From Lobosporangium transversale (taxonomy: Eukaryota), in assembly GCF_002105155.1 (NCBI RefSeq), contig NW_019029004.1, positions 124,001 to 188,000 on the forward strand: a DNA stretch of 64,000 nt, given 5' to 3'. The position numbers and the translations under genes were made by a program. Below are positions 52,334 to 64,000 of the stretch, in pieces (the first letter of the stretch is position 1; every line of letters starts with the position of its first letter). A model generated the notes under the pieces. The model saw nothing but the letters and a program-made list of their open reading frames with translations, did no database searches and was not told where the DNA came from.

Positions 52334-54368
52334 TATTTCTCAAATGGAGGATTTGGTGCGAACATGAAATATGTATATTTTTGCAGCAGGAAAGTGATGC
52401 GAATCTCTCGAGATTTGCAACCAAAGTCTTGTTATTGGACTCGTTATCTCTTTACTTTTTTTGTGTATTTATTCTTGTCGAGTGAGTCTTCTATCGCAAC
52501 GTTGTAGTCAGAGAGCGTCAAGAATCCAAACTTAGCACAACTTCATGTTAATCCTTTTTTGAGTTTGACACATTACTTGCAGCAGCAACCTTGCACAAGT
52601 TGTGTGTTAATTTTCACGTACACGTTACGTACAGAAGTATTCGAAGCATTCATTCATTTTTATATGGGCCATCGTTTAAATCTTCATTCCAGTTATCATC
52701 AGCTCAGTTAATTTCAGGCAATGCCAGGTTCAGGAGATAGGTAATCGTCATGTACTAACATAGTACCGGGAGAGGAAAAGAAAAAAAAAGAAAAAAGAAA
52801 AAGACGATAGAGTGAAAGAGTAGAATGGAGGAGGTTTACTATGTACGTTAGGTCAGGAACTACATGCATTCCCTTGGAATGAACCTCGGCTGTTGCGTGA
52901 TGTCTGATGGCGAATTATTTAGCTGGACAGCAACTGGGCGTCCATCCTATAAACGACATCCTTAAAAGGACGTCTCTACTTAATCAGGGTAGCTACTCAA
53001 GCAGATCTACTGAGCTCTATTTACTCGTCTAACCCGTTTTGTATTTTTTTTTTCTTCTCTTCATAATTATGATAGAAAGCAAGCTGTTGCTGCTGGTGGT
53101 TCTAGGCGGAAGACATCTCAATGTACAGTTGTATAACATGACCTTTTTGATCATCCTAGTATAATTTTTGATGGCGTTTGGATGTTCCAGGAATTCAGGA
53201 ATTTGGATTGGTCTAATAGCTAAATTGTATTACCATGTTTTAATTTTAATTTTTTGCAAACACCTCTATACATGTAGCCAACACTCCAACCCCAAGTATC
53301 ATTGCTAGTTCAGAGCTTGGAGTTAAAAGCCAAACCACCGAAGGATACGCTCCCGTCAATAATTTTAACTCACAGGATGTTGTCAACCATTTCGATCGTA
53401 GTAAGTTGGTGTAGAAATATTGATATGTTTTTTTTTTCTAAAAAAAAAAAAAAAAAAAAAAAAAACATTGCTTCCAATGCATATACTCATGAATACTCCT
53501 TATGCCACTATTTTTTATTTTTACTTTATATCGATGATTTAGCATGGAAAGCAGCACGAGAATACCATAATCAACCTAGCGCGTCAAACACTGGTAATGG
53601 TTAGTCAACGAAGTTTTCTATGGAAGTTTTTGTCGTGCTCGCTATAATGGATGCTGCGCCTCCCCAATGTCTCTAATAATATCGCTAATTGATCGGATTA
53701 TTAATCGACCTATATGTCACACTCTCCTTTTAATACATAGTAAAGTCAGAGATCTACAAAGGAGCAGAGACTATGCCTATGACATGGGCAGACAAAGACG
53801 CAGCCAAAGGTGGGTGAAAAATGACGTTTTAGTGTATTCTTCTTGTGCGACACAGAGTTGAATTCCGTTCCTTTTTTTTTTTTTTTTTTGTCACAAATGC
53901 TTACCCAAGTCATTATGAGTCGGGAATTGACTCTAAAAATTTGCCGCTATTGCTAGGTCTTATGAGCAATGGGGTTAGCTTTTTGGCCGAACTGAAAAGA
54001 AAGCAAGCTATTGCACCTTGATGGTTAAAAAAAAAATGAGAGAGAGACAGAGCTGAAGAGGATTCTAGGAGAAGGAAAATTCAATAAAAATAAAATACTA
54101 GAACTAAAAAATAACAATTGACTCTCTACATATCATTAAAATAATCTTGCATATAACTTATTCATTTCCAAAGGGAGAAAAGATTGATCGAGGTTGTCAA
54201 TTAGAAGTTCCGCGGAGTAATTTTTGCAATTACATGTTTGTGTATAATAATTTGTATTGAATTAAATTTATAGAATTGCAATGAAATACAGCAGATGTTC
54301 CCCTTCTTTCAGACTAGACTAGAACCCTTTTTTTGTCTTGCCATTTTTTTTTTTCCTTTTCCTCTCTT

Positions 54369-55670
54369 CTAGAGAAAATAAACAGCGCCGAACAGTGTCA
54401 GAGCAAAGGCCATTATGTTGGCACTCTGGGTCTCGCTAGCGGAGGATGCACGGGCAGGCTTATTATTGGATTTGACCTCTGGACCATTTGGGGTTTTCTT
54501 GTCTTTACTTGCGTCCTTAGTTTCCAATGGGAATGGGTTAGGTGGATTTGCTGGCTTAATAATAGGTCCCTTGTCGAGTGTTTGAGCACTGTCGCCCTTC
54601 TGAGGAAGTTGGATGGGCTCGCCCACATTACTCTTAGATGAACGCGGGTCACCAGCCTTGACAATCTCAAAATAATGTGAGTACGTATCCAGATCTTTTT
54701 CGTGTGAAACGCGAATTGTGTAGTCGTTGGCGGGCTTAAGAGCTGTTGGAACTGTCCATTGAAACGAATGCACCGACTCATCCACACCCCTCTTGAGTAC
54801 CGCCACTTCGCGCAAGTCCTCTTTTGGCCCTTGCATCAAACGGATATCGACAAGAGTCTTAGACTTGAGGTTCTTGGCATATTCAGCATCTGGATTAGGA
54901 CCCCAGGCGATGACATAGGTGCGGCCCTGTTCCCAGACGCTAGATCCATATGGCTGGACGAGCCATAGTGGACTCGTGTAGTCGAGAGAGATACTTTCGG
55001 TTGGCTTGTTATTGCTATTGTTATTGTGGCCATCAGTTGGAACGGCTCCTCCCTCAGCCTCTTTGCCCCCAGTTCCTCTCTCTTCACCACTGGCAGGCGC
55101 CGTCTTTCCTCCTTTACCAGTGGTGGGCGCCGCCTTTCCTCCTTCACCAGTGGAGGGTACCTTCTTTCCTTCTTCTTTACCGGTGGTAGGCGCCTTCTTC
55201 CCTCCATCACCAATGGTGGGTGCCTTCTTTTCCTCCTCTTTACCAGTGGTAGGCGCATTAGCGTCACTGCTCTTGTCTTCAGCGCTCCCTTGGTCGTTCT
55301 CAGAAACCTTCTTGCCTCCCTTGCTGTTATTATCTTTGTCAACTCCTTTGTGCTCCTCGTCGTGCTTACCCTCCACGCCTTCATGATTATTGCCGCCTCC
55401 CTGATGGTTCTTGCCATAAGGGTCATTCTTATCACTCTCATCATTGTCATTGCTCTCTTTGGCTTTATTGCCATCAGGACCTTCCTTCTTTCTGGGTCCA
55501 TCATTATGAGCCTCTACATTATGTTCACGATGCTTGGTAGCTCTCTTGGGTTCATCTCGCTTCTCTAAGCCAGTACTATAAGAGCGGTGCCCATGGATGG
55601 ATCTGTCGACATTAATAGCTGCCACAGCAGCAGCCAAACAGAGAATACCGGAGATCGAAGTAATCTTCAT
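54369..55670 (-). CDS. Secreted, probably GPI-anchored protein with Kre9/Knh1-like (Ser/Thr-rich GPI family) domain
   Basis: Signal peptide, charged low-complexity region, VQPYGSSVWEQGRTYVIAW...FQWTVPTAL...YTIRV...YSHYFEI, hydrophobic C-terminus after small residues. Confidence 0.82.
   Translation of the reverse strand: MKITSISGILCLAAAVAAINVDRSIHGHRSYSTGLEKRDEPKRATKHREHNVEAHNDGPRKKEGPDGNKAKESNDNDESDKNDPYGKNHQGGGNNHEGVEGKHDEEHKGVDKDNNSKGGKKVSENDQGSAEDKSSDANAPTTGKEEEKKAPTIGDGGKKAPTTGKEEGKKVPSTGEGGKAAPTTGKGGKTAPASGEERGTGGKEAEGGAVPTDGHNNNSNNKPTESISLDYTSPLWLVQPYGSSVWEQGRTYVIAWGPNPDAEYAKNLKSKTLVDIRLMQGPKEDLREVAVLKRGVDESVHSFQWTVPTALKPANDYTIRVSHEKDLDTYSHYFEIVKAGDPRSSKSNVGEPIQLPQKGDSAQTLDKGPIIKPANPPNPFPLETKDASKDKKTPNGPEVKSNNKPARASSASETQSANIMAFALTLFGAVYFL
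55090..55260 (-). repeat. Five imperfect 30-33 bp coding repeats (APTTGK(E/G)xKK-like)
   Basis: APTTGKEEEKK, APTIGDGGKK, APTTGKEEGKK, VPSTGEGGKA, APTTGKGGKT. Confidence 0.85.
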
Positions 55671-58210
55671 GGTGAAATGCTTAGATGGTTGCCTTTCTGA
55701 TTTTTGATGTTTTTCTTCTCCTTTTTTCTAAGAAAGAAGGGAAAAAACTAGATACTAAAACTGTGGCGGATATAGATTATGGGAGTTAAAAAGATTCAAC
55801 TAATAGAGTAAGAGAGTAAGGGAGCCGATGGGAAACGGGGTGTTGTCGAGGGTAGGATGGAAAGGGATGTGTTGTGGTGCTTATATCAGTTCTTTTACAA
55901 AATACGGTATTCGCTGCAGTTTCTCTTTTTTTTTTCTGTTGAAACGAGCGACTCACAATCATAGCTTCAGCTTTATATTGCGCGCTTTTTTTCCCTCCAT
56001 TTCCTTGCCTCTTTTCTGTAGCACTTTCAGTCGAAGTTGAGATGCGGAATGAGACCTGAAGACATGAGGGTTTGATAGTTACTTTTCAAATGTCTAAGAC
56101 AAATGGTGGTGAACCCGATGGTTCAAAAAAATTAAAACGCGACACGAACTATATTTATTATCATGATTACTATTATTGACCTATTTTGGTAGACTACCGG
56201 TCCTCTGATCAATCAAATTTTTAAACGGACCAAAGGTAGATGAATGACGAGAAACGACCGAGCACATCGGAAGTTGGAATCGTGTTCTGTGCAAAAGCCG
56301 CGCTGTATGATGGCTTCTACGTCATTGTAAGACAAGAAAAAAGTAGATATTTTAGTGTTACATTTGGTTTGGGTGACACGAAAGAAATGGTAACAATAAA
56401 AAAATGAAGACTCACCAACTGAGTGAAATAAGCATTCTTGAGTACAGGGTCTGCTATGCTCACCATTGAAGGCGTATTTTGTATACATATTTAGCCTTTC
56501 CCCTTATCACTGTCTCATTCCATGACAAAAGATCGGCATTTGTAATGGTCACAAAGCAAGGCTCAGTAAAATCGAAAGCCGGTGAGCACAAAAAGAAGCA
56601 TCTCAAGCTACAAGGCTGCTAACATCAATAATGGATCATTTATTGTGTAATCAGACAAAAAAAGATATGGATGCGAACCAGTACTTGGCCAACGAGTTTC
56701 AAAGTATAATAGTGATACGTTTGTGGCGATCATCATCCAAGAGGACTTTCTTTTCTCCTTGTTTCTTCTTATAATTCTCCTTCCTTACTCTCTCCTCGAT
56801 TGCCAATTTGCCTTGTTGCCTCGCTTTACCTCATTGCTTCTACTACCTTTAGCCCGCTAGTCTACTCTATATGCTGATAAAGCTCCAATTATCCAATACT
56901 AAGCCGTGGATTGCATTACTCATGCTCATTTGATACCTTTTTTTTTGTTTTAGTCTTAATGCATGATGGTATTATATCAAAGTCTTTCTTCAACTGAAGT
57001 AAATTTCGTCTGTCAGGTGAGATGTTTAGACGTTTCTAAAACTATGTATTGTACTTTTGTAAAAATAAAGAGGCACAGTCAAAACGCAGTTGGATTATCG
57101 GGGGATTGGTCCATTGACCGTCACTTAAACGTTAATTTTTTTCTTAGTTTTTTTTGAGTGGCAAAATAAGAGATGCATGTCAGGGCAAAGACTTTATGCA
57201 TTAAATTTACTTTTGCATTTCAGTGCCGAACATTTTTTGAATTTAACCGTGGAAACAACAAATAATGACACGAATAGCAGAAGAATGAAGTACGCCGCAG
57301 CCACCAGTACTTACATATCACAATGACATATGCAATTCGTTTGTAAAAAGAGAGAGGGAATAATCAGAATTGGCAGAGTGAGAACGAAAATTCTAATGAA
57401 TAAGTAAATGAGCAAGAAAGTGAATGTGTGAGTGCTAGAGTGAGTAAGCGAGTGTTTAAGTGAGGTGTGTAAATGAGTGAGTGGTTGAGTGAGGGTGTCA
57501 ATAGATAGAAGAAAAGTGGAATGTCCATTGGACAAATCAAAACTTTCCCTGCTGCTGTCCAACGCTCTGTTTAACGAAGGTTTTCCTGCATGCTCCAATG
57601 TTGTTTGACAGGGCAGCACCAATGAATTAGCTTTTTCTGTCTGCCGATGCAAAATGTTTGTATAATATTGTTTGATCCCTAATTCATCGAAGTATATTTG
57701 TAATGAGTCTGCATTTGCCGCTGTGATGATCTATTGTTGTTTATGCTGTGGAACGTTGTTTGTTGTGCCTGCGAGCGTGACCATTGGTGGGACAATATTA
57801 TTAGATTCTATGCGAGAAAGAGTAAGCAGCCGTTATGCATGTCCCTCCCGCCCAAAAATCGAATTTATTTTAATTTTTACTTTTCATTCAGGGCTTAAAC
57901 TAGTCTAGGCTGTGCGTTGCAACAAAGGGATCAAATCGTATAAAAACTCATCCTCCACCCACCTACTTTTCTTCATCAACACACTTGCCCTGGTAGCACA
58001 AGAACAGACAATAAGAGAATACAGCTGCAAAACAACAACAGCACACAATTACCTTCATTCTCCTTCTTTAACCCTCTTCATCCTTCATCCATTCTACCTT
58101 TCCATTTTAAAGTTAATTGCTTTTAGCCAACTCGCTTGCCAACTTCTAGCTCCTCATCACACACATAACATCTTTTCCTCTTATCGTCTCAAATCCGCAA
58201 GCATTCAATC

Positions 58211-58525
58211 ATGCCTTCCGCTACTTACAACGATCGCGCTGCCCCTGCCAACCGCAGCCAAGTGTACCCAGAGCTGCTTACCGATGCTGCCCGCCAGGCC
58301 CATAACCAAGCCCACCAATATAGTCAAGCTCTCCCCGCAGGAACAACTCGAGCTGATCAAGAACTTGAGGCACTTATGCTTACCATAGAATTAGAAAAAG
58401 ACGTCGATCTGTCAGCATTCAGTAGTAGCGCAACACCCGGCACACAGCCTGCTCCCTCCAACAATGCATCCGGACAACCACAAGGCATCAACCAGTCTCT
58501 GCTCATGTCCGGGTCACGGCCATAA
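58211..58525 (+). CDS. Small orphan protein (104 aa, A/Q/P-rich)
   Basis: GC-richer ORF, TATAAAA at ~57939, pyrimidine-rich leader, CAATC-ATG context. Confidence 0.6.
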   Translation: MPSATYNDRAAPANRSQVYPELLTDAARQAHNQAHQYSQALPAGTTRADQELEALMLTIELEKDVDLSAFSSSATPGTQPAPSNNASGQPQGINQSLLMSGSRP

Positions 58526-58670
58526 GCGCATCCTGAGGCTCCATTTCTATCCTGATTCCATTCATCATTTCATATTTCTCACCTTTTTGTACATGCCCCA
58601 TTATTGCACATTTATTTAAAAAAATCTTTTTTATCGAATGGTCTCCGTGTCGGCCGGACACTGAGATACA

Positions 58671-58702
<32 letters not shown>

Positions 58703-60735
58703 AAAAGACAAACAAAGAAAGATCGGAAGCTAAGAATATCCTCGCACATACCAACTCTTATTCTCGCTCCGATGTATGACAAGCGAGTTGGTGATATGGA
58801 TGGCTGAGCTCTTTTTAGAGTTTCGGCTAACTTTAAATTACATCACTGACTCAGCCCGCTTCGGGACATTCCTTCCCGCACAATTATCCCATCCATCCCA
58901 TCTTCCCAGTCAAATAAGCATTCTTTCCCAAAAATAGACAAGTCTTTATTCCTCTGCGCGATTTTCTTGATACCCTCCTTCATCATCAACAGACACATCC
59001 ATACATCCAGACTCAAAGAATTCCATTTACATATATATTTGAATATATCCACAGCAGTTTATATTAGATATCATTCTCTTTATATTTTCGATTTTTGTTA
59101 AATATCCATCTGTATTTAAACATATTAACGCAAAAAAAAAAAAAAAAAGCAATGTAAATAAATGAATTCATCCGTACCTACTTCCACAAATATCGCTTCT
59201 CGACTGTCGATTGTAGATGTCCCACGATTGTGTATGCGAAATCCACAATCGTGTGATTGAAATTTTTTTACACGTCCGACCGTTTTTTTGATGTAACATT
59301 CCGTCATAAGAATATTTTGTGCCACACAGAGAATTGACCCTTATTTTACTCAGCTGTGACGAGATAAAACTCAGCCCACGCAGTAATCCAATTGCGATTA
59401 ATATTTTTTCTAATGCATAAATCCAAGTTTATATCATAGCCACTGACCAGCCGCAGCTTGCTATTGTTAGTTTATTTATTTGTTTACTTTAATTCTTAAT
59501 TGAGTTAACGCAACGACGATCATTCTTTGTTTTTTCTCCTTTCCTTCCATGTTTCGTGCCTTTTCTATTTTAAACAAAAAAACTGTTTTCTAAATCTGGA
59601 ATCCAAGCCCTCCATTCGATCAATGCCGAAAAAGATCCTTTTTTATTTATCCACAGATGAAAGTGATACACAAATGCAACGGTCCGCAGCAGATTGAAAT
59701 CCTATATGCCTCTTTATTAGTCACATGCCTACACACCCTGATTTGTTCCGTTCCTGTGGGTTCAGAGGCTTGTTCCTACCACGCAATTAGAGCATTTCAC
59801 ATACTATTCATTGTTATTGTATATTCATATATGTACATTACTCAATGTCGAACATGTCAATCAATCCATGTTTTAGATTGCACTGTCACAGAAGGCGGAT
59901 CTTACTTTCTTCTCTCTCTATTTATTTTTATTTATTTTTTTATTTGTCAAATAATCTACTATGACATTTGGAACTATCACTTATGATGACAACGTACAGT
60001 GCGCCACTATTGTAGGCCCATATAATCATCAGCGCCATCATCATTGTTGTCATTATTTTCTTTTAAGAATCAGTCTATCGTCTTATACCTAAGATACGGA
60101 AAACGAATATGGCAGTGCATCTGTAATGAAATGAACATTCGTCTGCGCTCATCCGTCCAGCTTTTACTCCTTATTCCTTCAATTGAAAGACAGAACATTC
60201 ATCCCCCAGAATGATGCTCCAGTGTGCGTCGTCAAGAATGAGCTCTTCCACCTCCGCCACGTTTATTAAAAAAATAAAAATAAAAATAAAAAATAGGATG
60301 CATAGCAATGTTCCTTTTTCTTATTATATACTGTTGCCACTGGCTTTAAGTTGTATTAAAAGTTCCGAAACGCCCGTCATTCGGCTCGCAGGAAACAAAA
60401 AGAGCATTATTTGCGGCCATATGCAGGAACGAACCTTTGACTGGGAGTGAAGAGAAATGAAGGCTTTTGGTTTTGAAGTCAATATCCTGAAGTGAAAGGA
60501 GGAAAATAAAAAGTAAAAAAGGCTTCCACACTGGTTTCTATAGGATTTATAATGAAAGTATATTATTATTTTATTTTTTCTTACCCTTCAGACAAACACA
60601 TCTTTCTTACTTACTTTCCCTGCTCCTTATATCCTCTACACAATTAAAGCCCTTGCTAGAATATAAGCTCGTGTACATTACGCAAACAAACAAAAAGACA
60701 GACCCGTTTATTGATACCGCTTCTTTGATAAAAAA

Positions 60736-61062
60736 ATGGCCAGATCATTATCTCCAGTATGGGTTAGAAATAAGAAGCACACCGTTGATCGGACTCGCCC
60801 TACAGTCTCTTTGCTTACTGTTTCCGTCCAGACGGCCGAACATTATCGCAGTCAGAAAGAACGCGATCGTGCGCTTCGTCTTCGGCGTCAGAATGAGCAG
60901 CAGTTGATGCGCAAGATGAAGGCGTTAGAGGCTATAGTGGCAAAAGCAGTAAGAAAGCCCACAACAACAACAGCAGCAACAACTACAACGGTGACGGCAA
61001 CAAAAGCGCCAGTAACAGCAGACCATATTGGACTTTCGAACATGACCCATCCCAAGCACTGA
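60736..61062 (+). CDS. Small basic orphan protein (108 aa) with helical segment and Thr-rich tail
   Basis: A-rich ATG context, TATAA at ~60662, coding-like GC content. Confidence 0.5.
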   Translation: MARSLSPVWVRNKKHTVDRTRPTVSLLTVSVQTAEHYRSQKERDRALRLRRQNEQQLMRKMKALEAIVAKAVRKPTTTTAATTTTVTATKAPVTADHIGLSNMTHPKH

Positions 61063-61968
61063 TATCCTTAGCAGTTTCCGTATATATTACACGTACAATA
61101 CATGTACATTCACAGCCTGCCTACACAAATTCAGGTTTATCTGAACAATTTCAGTTTAAATAAAGGAATTGCATGAATAGTCTAATTTTATATTATTAAT
61201 ACATGTTTTTTATATGAGGGATGTACAACTGTTCTAAAGGCTTGAACGAGCATGATTTTGATCCTTATTGCAATGATTGCAATGGTTGCCATAAAGCCTT
61301 CATTATTTTCGACCTTAATGTGGACTCTACAGTCGCTCCTTTCTTCGCCTTCTTTTGGGATGGTTCCCTGATCCCCCCTTCATTCCTCAGTCCACTGTGC
61401 CGTCGTTCTTTCGAGCGTGTATAAGGTATACGTCCTTAGGCGAAGAAAGGACAAAAGAACACACTTCTGGTCGTTTGCTTATTAAATATATTTATGGGTT
61501 ATGCCCCTCAAGTACCAAGCTCCATCTAGCTTTATGAGCAAGGCAATATCCGGCTTCAGCCTTTCAAATTCATTCTAGGTCCACATAAATCCACCTCTTA
61601 CTCATTCCTAACCCAATCACCTATAGGAAAGTTATGAATAATAAGATAAATTTTTAAAATACATGTCAAGCACGAAGTGCTGGGAGGGAAAAAAAAAAAA
61701 TCGCGTGTTAAATGTATCGTCTCACAGAGAATTAGAGAGGTGTCTGTGTCTCCAAGGAAAAATTATACTTCCAAGGCTTTCTACAAACACTTCGGGATAT
61801 TAAAATAAAAAAAATAAAAATAAAAACTCGCTTCCATTGCTTTTGCTTTTGCTTTTGCTTTAAAAGACTCGAATAGTATCTGTTTTGAAACGTGTATATA
61901 TGTTCTTTCAAGCTTTTCTTTTTGCTTTTCTTTTTCTTTTTTTTCTCTATCCAGGAGCAACTATAAAT

Positions 61969-62247
61969 ATGAACACGACCATCAAAATTAACACGAGTAC
62001 AAGCTTGGTTGTCAGTACGAAAGCAAATGAAGGTGCATCTCCAAAGACCCCTACTTCTAGGGCGCCGACGGTCTCTTCTGCGGGAGGCCAGATCGTGCGT
62101 CAAAACGCTCGGTTTTTTAACCATGGTCATACTCCTCTTAAAAAAAAGACCTCAGAAAAAGATGATCCGTCGACAATGTTGAAGACAAGTAAGGTGCCGA
62201 CCGCGGCGACTACAACAGCAAGCACGGCAAGCACGGCTTCAAAATAG
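61969..62247 (+). CDS. Small S/T/K-rich orphan protein (92 aa)
   Basis: ATG at 61969 shortly after a pyrimidine tract ending in CCAG (possible 5' UTR intron acceptor); GC-richer than flanks. Confidence 0.35.
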   Translation: MNTTIKINTSTSLVVSTKANEGASPKTPTSRAPTVSSAGGQIVRQNARFFNHGHTPLKKKTSEKDDPSTMLKTSKVPTAATTTASTASTASK

Positions 62248-62604
62248 GGCCGATTGATCAGAAATAGATAAGGAGTAGGCACAAATAAATAACAGCAGCA
62301 CCAACGATGGGTCAATCGTTTCAGGCAAAAACGGCAATAAAGTATGAAAGAAATCATGACTAGGGAAGGAAACAAAGCAAAGTCTACACGATCAAGGCAT
62401 AAAGAACCTGATATTAAGCGCTTTTTTTTGTGCACTATACACACACCTCTACTTCCTACTACGCTTCTTATCACTTTATCCTCCTTTGTTTCATTTGATT
62501 AAATGTATAATCCACTAGATAAACAATTGTCTTTTATCAACCTCTCTGAACTCTATCAAGGGCCAGGATTTGGTTATAGGTGATTGCCACTTGTGGACAA
62601 CATG

Positions 62605-64000
62605 TTACCGCTTTTGAGCGAGCGAGCAAATGAGCGACTATTCTCAGTACATGGCATTGTCATAGACATAGTCAATAATTGAAAGCATCTCCTCTCTGTT
62701 TTTACTTTATTTTATTCAACAGACCATAAATCGGTCATATTGTGCTACACATTTGGACAACCCTTGTTTCTCAATTATTAGATGAGAAGATTCAAAGAGG
62801 GCCTCCACCAGACGGACCGTCTTTTCTTTTTGCTCTTGTTTAAGCTTCTGAGAATCAAAAAAGGCCAATACCTCGGTCTCGGCTTTTTTCTCGTCCTTCA
62901 AAGAGAGTCCTAGCAGCGGATGCAGCGCAGAGGGATTCAGGGTTGTGTTCATATTCTTAGCGTTTGGCTGTATGCGTAGCGAGTCGTCCACAGCGACATT
63001 CTTCCTATTGTTATTGGAGGTGGAAGTAGCAGTGTCACCGCTACCTTGTTTTGAAGTCGGCTCAGTCCACGACAAAACTTGACCTTTGGCCGAGATGGCA
63101 ATGACTTCTGAGGAGCCACCTGCTATGTCAATGATGTCAACATCCAAAGGTCGGTGGATCAGACGTGCAACGTGATCGTCATGGTCGCTCACACCAATGC
63201 TTCCGTTTTCCATCAATACAATATCACATCCTAGAAAATGTGGCCAAATAAAATACTTTTTAAGCGAAAACGACCTTGGTAACTCGATTGAATTATAGCG
63301 CATGGTACAGAAGAAATAAGTAAACAAAAAAAAAAAAAAAAAAAAAAAAAGGATCTTTAGAGAGAAAATGAAGAGAGCCCCTAGTGCTGCTCATCAACAC
63401 ACCTTTAGATGCAACTATTTTTTTAATGTTTAGTTCAGAGTTTGGCGGCATAGATCGAAAGGTTTTCCATGGCTTGATATCATAAAACTCGTCTTCAGGC
63501 GGCAGGTCCAAGAACATTGGATTGTAAGGCTTTTCCAAGGGTAATGCTTCGCTGTAACGACCAAATGTCATGAGTAGTGGTTTTTCAGCCTTGATTTGCT
63601 TTTTTGGCTCCAATGGTGAGGGTGTATCTGCCTTCGTTGTCTCTATTGTCTCTTTTGGTGTTGATTCTGCTGTAGGCACAGGTACTGCTGCTACTGTAAA
63701 GTGCCATGGACTGCAGGCTACATGGGAAATGTTGTAACCTAGAACAGAAGTGATGAGCAGAGGACGCAGGCTCTTCTTCATGATTGGCACTACCTCGCCT
63801 TCTTCGTTCTCTTCACCAAAGGGAATGTAGCCCCAGATGTAAAGCTCGTCATCGTTGCCATTTTTCGGAGTCACAAGAACCATAGAATAGTTCCTATTAG
63901 ATAAAAAGAAATCAGGACAAAAAAAATCAAGCGACGGTGAGGATGGAAACACTCTTTATTACAACTATACCTTACCAGTGCGGTTTTCGTTGGGTTAATA
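62605..64000 (-). CDS. RCC1/BLIP-II repeat-like protein, 3' portion (5' end outside window)
   Basis: ELYIWGYIPFG, ISHVACSPWHFT and IIDIAGGSSEVIAISAKGQVLSW are RCC1-like blades. Several GT-AG introns; last exon uncertain. Confidence 0.65.

Noticed and set aside
52740..53130. 23-nt mini-intron (GTAATC...TACTAAC-ATAG) and exon-like islands divergent from GCN5
   Set aside because: Much shorter than any other intron here and no consistent reading frame.

Overview
Eukaryotic, intron-rich, AT-rich fungal genomic DNA. It has GT-AG introns with CTAAC/CTAAT branch points and very frequent 15-30 nt A/T homopolymers. Gene content suggests an early-diverging fungus, probably Mortierellaceae (inference). 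About 20 protein-coding genes can be supported: a bacterial-type GNAT acetyltransferase (5' end outside window), a single-pass membrane protein, a ZIP zinc transporter with a signal peptide and His/Asp-repeat ectodomain, a Q-rich orphan, an F-box/LRR-like protein, a BRD7/9-like bromodomain protein head-to-head with a METTL4-like MT-A70 methyltransferase, mitochondrial L32, an M14 carboxypeptidase, a membrane-anchored expansin-like DPBB protein, an OPT/YSL transporter, a BAR-PH-ArfGAP-ANK protein with a GC-AG first intron, Heh1/Src1, alkaline ceramidase, Gcn5 with a PCAF-type Cys/His N-terminal module, a GPI-anchored protein, three small orphan ORFs and an RCC1-like gene (5' end outside window). 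A probable decayed, intron-containing beta-trefoil (ricin-B-like) pseudogene lies at about 13.9-14.8 kb and is missed by the ORF track. I recognised no tRNA, rRNA, CRISPR array or intact mobile element. Exon coordinates were derived by hand and family calls come from motif recognition, not database searches.
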